Program-made: the position numbers and the translations under genes
Part shown: positions 58,754 through 64,000 of the stretch, piece after piece
Numbering within the stretch: position 1 is the stretch's first letter
How the letters are laid out: every line of letters starts with the position of its first letter
Notes under the pieces: generated by a model
The model's database searches: none
Told to the model about the DNA's origin: nothing
The model's input: only the letters and a program-made list of their open reading frames with translations
Assembly: GCA_034422235.1 (NCBI GenBank)
Contig: DAOUJU010000040.1
Location: forward strand, 51,922-115,921
DNA length: 64,000 bases
Source of the DNA: Anaerolineales bacterium
Lineage (GTDB): Bacteria > Chloroflexota > Anaerolineae > Caldilineales > Caldilineaceae
Reading direction: 5' to 3'

Positions 58754-59794
58754 ATGTTGTCACAACAACCTTTGTTTATCAGTGGAACCCATGACTATCA
58801 CACGTTTCGTATTCCGGCTCTGGCCGTAACGCAGACCGGCCGGATCCTGGCATTTGCCGAGGGACGTGTTCACTCTTCGGGCGATGCGGGGGAGATTGAG
58901 TTGGTCCTGCGTACCAGTGATGACAACGGTGAAACCTGGTCCAATCTGCGGATGATTGTCAGGGAAGATGACATGACCTGCGGCAACCCCTGTCCTGTCG
59001 TGGATCAGGATACGGGCACCATTTGGTTGTGGCTGAGCAAGAATCTGGCCGATGGGGGAGAAGGACTCATTACTCAAGGCCAAGCACCCAGGACCGTGTG
59101 GTTGTGCCATAGTGAAGACAATGGTGAAACCTGGAGTACACCGGTCGATATGACAGACCAGGTCAAGCAGGATAACTGGACCTGGTATGCTACGGGGCCT
59201 GGTCATGGCATCCAATTGCGTTCCGGACGTCTGCTCGTGCCCTGTGACCACATGGTAGGCATCCACTTCGACCGAGGCCGGGATCCCTATCACTCCCATG
59301 TCCTGTACAGTGATGATCATGGTCAGAGTTGGCACATCGGCGGCGTTGTCCGGGACGGCACCAACGAATGTGAAGTCGTTGAATTGTCCAACGGGGATGT
59401 CATGATCAACTGCCGCAATTATGTCGGCGGCAAGCGGCGCGCCGTATCTACAAGCCGTGATGGGGGTCTTACTTTCGGTGAGTTTTTCTGGGATGAAACC
59501 CTGATTGAGCCCATCTGCCAGGCCAGCATCCTGAGTCTGTCCGACCCAGACCAGACCTTGGTCTTTGCCAATCCCGCCAGCACAGAGCGGGAGAACCTGA
59601 CTATACGGTTGAGTACTGACAACGGCATTACTTGGCTGCACAGTCAAGTATTACACAGAGGACCTGCCGCCTATTCTGATTTGGCCCAGGCACCTGATGG
59701 CAGTGTGTTGTGTTTGTATGAGCAGGGCGCGGAATGGCCCTATGAAACCATTACCCTGGCCCGTTTCAATGCTACCTGGATCCGGAGTGCCTGA
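58754..59794 (+). CDS. Exo-alpha-sialidase (GH33, BNR/Asp-box beta-propeller), no signal peptide
   Basis: FRIP motif (YHTFRIPALAV). Four Asp-boxes: SDDNGETWS, SEDNGETWS, SDDHGQSW, STDNGITW. The Met at 58754 is the likely start. Confidence 0.88.
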   Translation: MLSQQPLFISGTHDYHTFRIPALAVTQTGRILAFAEGRVHSSGDAGEIELVLRTSDDNGETWSNLRMIVREDDMTCGNPCPVVDQDTGTIWLWLSKNLADGGEGLITQGQAPRTVWLCHSEDNGETWSTPVDMTDQVKQDNWTWYATGPGHGIQLRSGRLLVPCDHMVGIHFDRGRDPYHSHVLYSDDHGQSWHIGGVVRDGTNECEVVELSNGDVMINCRNYVGGKRRAVSTSRDGGLTFGEFFWDETLIEPICQASILSLSDPDQTLVFANPASTERENLTIRLSTDNGITWLHSQVLHRGPAAYSDLAQAPDGSVLCLYEQGAEWPYETITLARFNATWIRSA

Positions 59795-59803
59795 GCTATA
59801 GGA

Positions 59804-60607
59804 TCAGGCATCCGCCGGAGTATTGGGCTTCTGGATATACATCATGGCTCCCCAAGGATCCATGATGATACCAATTATCCCGGTCGGTACCTCCATCGGC
59901 CCCATGATAGCAGTTCCGCCCAGTGCCTGAGCCTGCTCCAGCGTGTCGGCTACATCATCCACCCCAAAGTAGACCATCCACTGGGGAGGGTGATCTTCCC
60001 ATGCCGGATCAATCCCCAGCAAACCGGCTACTTCACAGGGGACAGGTTCGGAGGGATACTGGAAACGGGTGTACATCGTGGTCGGTTGTTGCTCATCCTC
60101 TGCCTTCCAACCAAACACGGAGTGATAATAGCTCTTGGCGGCAGGGACATCCCGTACATTCAGCTCGGTCCACATCAGGGTGCCAGTTGCATGCTTGACT
60201 TGCACTCCCTGCAGAGTGCCCGGCTGCCACAGACCAAACGTAACCCCCTGGGGATCCCGGATCAGGGAAAACCACCCATAATCCCCACAGGCGATATTCT
60301 GGGCCAGAACGGTACCCCCTGATTCAGCCGCCCGGGTGGTATATTCCTCCACATCATCAACGGCCACATAGGTTTGCCAGGAGGCTCGTGAACTCCCGTG
60401 CTTGCGAGCAGGCCTTGGAACCGGTAGCCCTCCTACGATCAGGCCATCACGCTCAATCAGACTATAGACCACTTGCCCATTGTGCATAACGTCCCGGTAT
60501 TGCCATGCCCACAAGGCGTTATAGAACGCGCAGGCTGCTTCCCGATCCACGGCCGTGTAGTCACACCAACTGAATGTACCGGCGGCATGCTGTTCAAATT
60601 GCATCAT
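59804..60607 (-). CDS. VOC family protein (two glyoxalase-like domains)
   Basis: The start at 60607 (MMQFEQH...) avoids overlap with ricT. Two repeats of the pattern ..FY..(L/V)F(G)W.. ..G..F(G/S)L.. Confidence 0.78.
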   Translation of the reverse strand: MMQFEQHAAGTFSWCDYTAVDREAACAFYNALWAWQYRDVMHNGQVVYSLIERDGLIVGGLPVPRPARKHGSSRASWQTYVAVDDVEEYTTRAAESGGTVLAQNIACGDYGWFSLIRDPQGVTFGLWQPGTLQGVQVKHATGTLMWTELNVRDVPAAKSYYHSVFGWKAEDEQQPTTMYTRFQYPSEPVPCEVAGLLGIDPAWEDHPPQWMVYFGVDDVADTLEQAQALGGTAIMGPMEVPTGIIGIIMDPWGAMMYIQKPNTPADA

Positions 60608-60678
60608 TCTTCTTGGCTTTGTGGGAGACTTTGAGTGATTCCTCAACCCCAGTGGCTGACAGGAAAATCGGATCCGAG

Positions 60679-61578
60679 TTACGGCTTGTCCGAACGAGCA
60701 TCCCGCTGGGCAGGCGCTTGGGATCTCCGGGTGTGAGTGCAACCACCACAGGGACCACAACTGCTCTCACGCTTCGGGGGCAGTAATTCATCCACCCCAA
60801 AATCTGCCATCACATCTCCCTCCAACTGCACCGTGACAGATTTCTTGAGGGGATAGATGTAGCGAACACGCCCAGTGCCCTGAGGCGTTACCACCTTGGC
60901 TCCAACCTTGGGCAAGGAACGGGTGAGACTTCGATACATCTCATCTTCATAGGAGAGACAGCAGAGGAGGCGACCACATACACCGGAAATCTCATCCGGG
61001 TTCATGGACAACTGCTGATTCTTGGCCATCCGTATCCCCAATTGGCGGAATTCACGCAACCAGGAGGTACAGCACAACTGGCGCCCACACTTGCCTACAC
61101 CGTCCAGGATCTTGGCCGCCTGTCGATCATTGATCTGCATCATTTCAATGCGCACCCCGAGAGTCTTGGCCAATTCCCGGCTCAGATCCCGTATGGGTAT
61201 ATGCCGACGCGTACCTGTGGTCCGCGTATAGGAAACAGTAAGAAATCCTCCCGTCAGATCATACTGGCAACTGATGACCTTGATTTCCAGTTTGCGCTCT
61301 TTCACGCGGGAACGGCACAGGCTACAGGCTTCCTCTTCCAGTGAAGTCAGACTCTCCTTGGTCAGCATGTCCCAAATCGTGGCCTTGCGCAGAATGGGCG
61401 CAAACTGTCCCGCTTTCTTTCTTGTTTCCCGGGGTGGTTCCACCACCTGGACTAGGGAAAGCCCCCGTTCGGATTCCACAACGAGATAATCGTCACGCAC
61501 TACATCCAGAAAGTCGTCGGCCACAAAATCATAGGTCTTGCCGACCGCATCGAACTGCACACTTACAATAGCTGTCAT
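60679..61578 (-). CDS. ricT: PSP1-domain protein RicT/YaaT
   Basis: 299 aa. VQFDAVGKTYDF start. Cys-rich PSP1 region (CGRQLCCTSWL, GVCGRLLCCLSYE). Lies directly downstream of holB, as in Firmicutes. Confidence 0.88.
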   Translation of the reverse strand: MTAIVSVQFDAVGKTYDFVADDFLDVVRDDYLVVESERGLSLVQVVEPPRETRKKAGQFAPILRKATIWDMLTKESLTSLEEEACSLCRSRVKERKLEIKVISCQYDLTGGFLTVSYTRTTGTRRHIPIRDLSRELAKTLGVRIEMMQINDRQAAKILDGVGKCGRQLCCTSWLREFRQLGIRMAKNQQLSMNPDEISGVCGRLLCCLSYEDEMYRSLTRSLPKVGAKVVTPQGTGRVRYIYPLKKSVTVQLEGDVMADFGVDELLPPKRESSCGPCGGCTHTRRSQAPAQRDARSDKP

Positions 61579-61649
61579 AATATCTGTTTCGCATCCGCCT
61601 TTCCGCCATCCCCTCAGGTATACCGAAATGGCTTGTTATGTCAAATCCG

Positions 61650-62759
61650 TCAGACCAGCGAAGTCAAGGACGGCATGTGCAACATCAGATTGGCCAGCAC
61701 CAACCGCGTATTGACATTACTGTGTACATAGTGATGCGCCTGTTCCAGACGTTGCAGAAACCGTGCCACGGCATCCGGATGGGTTGCACGGGCGGTTACT
61801 TCCAAGTCTTCCCTACAGTCTACATTAATGCAGGCATCCTGTCGATTGTATTGATACAACCACACATCCCGCCACCAAGACAGCCAGAATTCCATATGGC
61901 CCTGAATTACCTGACGACTGGCTGCTCGGGATCGAGCCAGATCATCGACACGGGCGAGCCGTACCAACACTGAGCCCTGCACCAGTTCAGTCAGCATTTC
62001 TCTGGATGTGTTGCGCTCTGCCCATATATCTTCCTGCTGACAGTGGGCTATCGCCCAGCCCATGCGTCCATGGGCCAAGCGAGACAACAGATCTGCCCGT
62101 TGGTTTTCCACGCCGTAATCCCGGACCAAGACCTCCTGTATCAGGGCTCGCGGCCCCCGCCTGAGTTGCAAGATCTGGCAACGGGACAAAACCGTGGGCA
62201 GAAGCCGGCTAGCTTCTGTGGCTGTGGCCAGCAGGATTACCGCTGAGGGAGGCTCTTCAAACGTTTTCAGCAGCTTGTTCGTAAAAGCGGGATGAGCCAG
62301 CTGCATATCCCGAATCAGAATAATCCGGTAAGGACTTTGGAATGGCCGCAAATGGACATGATGCAGGATGGTCTCTGCCTGCTCAACCCGCAGCAATCCG
62401 GTGCGGCGATCCAACTGGCCTTGGCTATCTACGGGATCAATCTGCAGATAGTCTGGATGATTCTGATGCTGAAAAGCCATACAGTGAGGACAGAGACCAC
62501 ACGCCTTATCCGTTGCCGTTGGACACAATAGAACATTGGCAAAATAACGGGCCAGCGTACCCTTTCCCAAGGAGGGTTCACCCAAAAATAGGTACGCATG
62601 GCGCAACCACTCCCGCTTCCCATCTGGAGCAGGCATGCTTATCCGCTGCAAAAAGGCGATAGCCCAGTCGTGACCAAATACGGGCCATTCGTGGCTCGTA
62701 CTGTCCCCGGAATTTTCCTCAGGGGGCAGCGAGGGGAAAATTGACTCCTGGACAGACAA
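61650..62759 (-). CDS. holB: DNA polymerase III subunit delta-prime
   Basis: 369 aa. HAYLFLGEPSLGKGTLA, zinc module CGLCPHCMAF, SRC motif LSRCQIL. Confidence 0.88.
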   Translation of the reverse strand: MSVQESIFPSLPPEENSGDSTSHEWPVFGHDWAIAFLQRISMPAPDGKREWLRHAYLFLGEPSLGKGTLARYFANVLLCPTATDKACGLCPHCMAFQHQNHPDYLQIDPVDSQGQLDRRTGLLRVEQAETILHHVHLRPFQSPYRIILIRDMQLAHPAFTNKLLKTFEEPPSAVILLATATEASRLLPTVLSRCQILQLRRGPRALIQEVLVRDYGVENQRADLLSRLAHGRMGWAIAHCQQEDIWAERNTSREMLTELVQGSVLVRLARVDDLARSRAASRQVIQGHMEFWLSWWRDVWLYQYNRQDACINVDCREDLEVTARATHPDAVARFLQRLEQAHHYVHSNVNTRLVLANLMLHMPSLTSLV

Positions 62760-62902
62760 GGTACGGGACCTGAAAGGCTAATACGCCCCATTATGCCAGA
62801 AGAGGGAAAGGCCTAAGCGAACTCCAGACAGCGGTACGATCCCTGGATTGAACCAGATGACAGACTACGTCTGCCAGTCATCATGCACGTCCACGAAAAG
62901 AA

Positions 62903-62929
62903 GGTCCGGCTGCCTTGGGCAGCCGGACC
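62903..62929 (-). terminator. Rho-independent terminator (second of two) after rplL
   Basis: GGTCCGGCTGCC-TTG-GGCAGCCGGACC (12-bp stem), followed on the minus strand by UUCUUUUCGUGG. Confidence 0.7.
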
Positions 62930-62952
62930 AGTTATCTTGGATTACCACAAGA

Positions 62953-62973
62953 AGCCGACGAGATTCGTCGGCT
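62953..62973 (-). terminator. Rho-independent terminator-like hairpin (first) after rplL
   Basis: AGCCGACGA-GAT-TCGTCGGCT (9-bp stem), followed on the minus strand by UCUUGUGGU. Confidence 0.5.
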
Positions 62974-62978
62974 AACGG

Positions 62979-63362
62979 CTATTTGACTTCAACCTTGGCG
63001 CCTTCCGCTTCCAGTTTGGCCTTACCATCCTCGGCATCTTCCTTGGTGACCCCTTCCAGGATCGCGACCGGGGCACTTTCCACTACGGACTTGGCTTCTT
63101 TCAGACCCAAGTCTGTGATGGCACGAACCGCCTTGATGACATTGATCTTCTTGGCACCAATGTCCACCAGCATGACATCAAATTCCGTCTGTTCCTCTTC
63201 TGCCGCTGGGGCTTCGGCCCCTCCCGCAGGGACAGCCGCCGCCATGGCGACGGGTGCAGCGGCACTGACGCCCCAGGCTTCCTCCAGCATTTTGACCAGT
63301 TCGGAGGCTTCCAGCAGGGTCAGGCTATCCAATTCACTCTTGATTTTTTCCAGGTCCGCCAT
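62979..63362 (-). CDS. rplL: 50S ribosomal protein L7/L12
   Basis: 127 aa. Ala-rich hinge and C-terminal [24 protein letters not shown]...[13 protein letters not shown]. Confidence 0.96.
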   Translation of the reverse strand: MADLEKIKSELDSLTLLEASELVKMLEEAWGVSAAAPVAMAAAVPAGGAEAPAAEEEQTEFDVMLVDIGAKKINVIKAVRAITDLGLKEAKSVVESAPVAILEGVTKEDAEDGKAKLEAEGAKVEVK

Positions 63363-63445
63363 GGTAATTCTTCCTCATACCAACTAGAACATGAACAATT
63401 CCTGATGCCGTCGAGCCCGCGAGCCCTTGGCAATTTCCAACGGGG

Positions 63446-64000
63446 TTACTGTTGGGAGCGCGCCAACAAGACAGCTCCCAAATCGCGAGAGGGTGCAGAG
63501 AGTGTCCGGTAGACGGCATTGGGCACAGCATTCACCATCTGTACCAACTCCCGGGAAGGGGCGCCCAGTGTTCCCAGCAACTTGGCTTGTATCTCCGCCA
63601 GGGTCGGCAAATCGGACAAGCCTGAGGCTTCTTCAGCACTCAGCATCTGCCGATCCAAGACACCGCCTTTAATCTGGAAAGGATGATTGTTAGGCAGATC
63701 ATCCCGCATGAAGTTTTTCAGTTCTGTCACTGAACTGCCAATGTCCTCCCCGGCAAACATCACCGATATGGGCCCCACAAAGTCCTCCGGGGCCGTACTG
63801 ACTCCCGCCTCTTCCAAAGAAATACGCAACAGGCGGTTCTTCACAATCAGAAAACGGGCATTGACGGTCCGTATGCGGCGGCGTAATGTCTGCATCTGTC
63901 CTACCGACGTGCCCGTATTGTCGGTGAAAACGAGCGCGGAAGATTCCGCAATGAGGTCGCTATACTTAGCAACCAGTTCTTCTTTCTTGGCACGGCTGAT
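63446..64000 (-). CDS. rplJ: 50S ribosomal protein L10 (N-terminus runs off the window end)
   Basis: The frame stays open to 64000 (..ISRAKKEELVAKYSDLIAESSALVFTDNTGTSVGQMQTLRRRIR..). rplJ-rplL synteny. Confidence 0.9.
   Translation of the reverse strand: MSRAKKEELVAKYSDLIAESSALVFTDNTGTSVGQMQTLRRRIRTVNARFLIVKNRLLRISLEEAGVSTAPEDFVGPISVMFAGEDIGSSVTELKNFMRDDLPNNHPFQIKGGVLDRQMLSAEEASGLSDLPTLAEIQAKLLGTLGAPSRELVQMVNAVPNAVYRTLSAPSRDLGAVLLARSQQ

Noticed and set aside
1-64000. CRISPR arrays, rRNA genes, intact tRNA genes, prophage or integrase genes.
   Set aside because: No regularly spaced direct repeats, no rRNA-like conserved blocks, no cloverleaf-compatible tRNA, and no integrase or recombinase ORF were seen in any intergenic region or ORF.

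Overview
64-kb chromosomal segment, roughly mid-50s % GC by eye. It is densely coded and mostly housekeeping and transport. Gene neighbourhoods (tmk-darA, holB-ricT, gatCA, an ycf45-like R3H ATPase, a fused MFS/spermidine synthase) suggest a Chloroflexota- or Firmicutes-like lineage, but taxonomy cannot be settled from sequence alone.

Content in order:
- An Opp/Dpp-type peptide ABC operon (1-3547).
- Small-molecule enzymes.
- An exopolysaccharide-type cluster: GT4, Wzz-like protein, degenerate BY-kinase-like protein, RfbB, GNAT.
- An RCK potassium-channel homologue.
- A DUF3368/UPF0175 toxin-antitoxin pair.
- A sugar ABC operon.
- tmk-darA-gmk.
- A second complete Opp/Dpp operon (28.8-34.8 kb).
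- argH, gatC-gatA and an aminotransferase.
- vapBC.
- An orphan vsr, then sppA.
- A mobile-element-rich island (49.9-56.4 kb).
- A YcaQ-type glycosylase and a GH33 sialidase.
- ricT-holB and rplL-rplJ.

The island is the most interesting part. It holds two intact IS630-family elements abutting head-to-head on a shared TA. It also holds an intact GC-rich IS4-like element with an 11-bp target duplication. Between them sits a translationally coupled pair: an ABC/AAA_21-type ATPase and a 210-aa Toprim/DUF4276-like protein. This pair looks like a split OLD/PARIS/AbiL-type anti-phage module.

No rRNA, intact tRNA or CRISPR array was found. All family calls rest on motif recognition by eye, with no database search.
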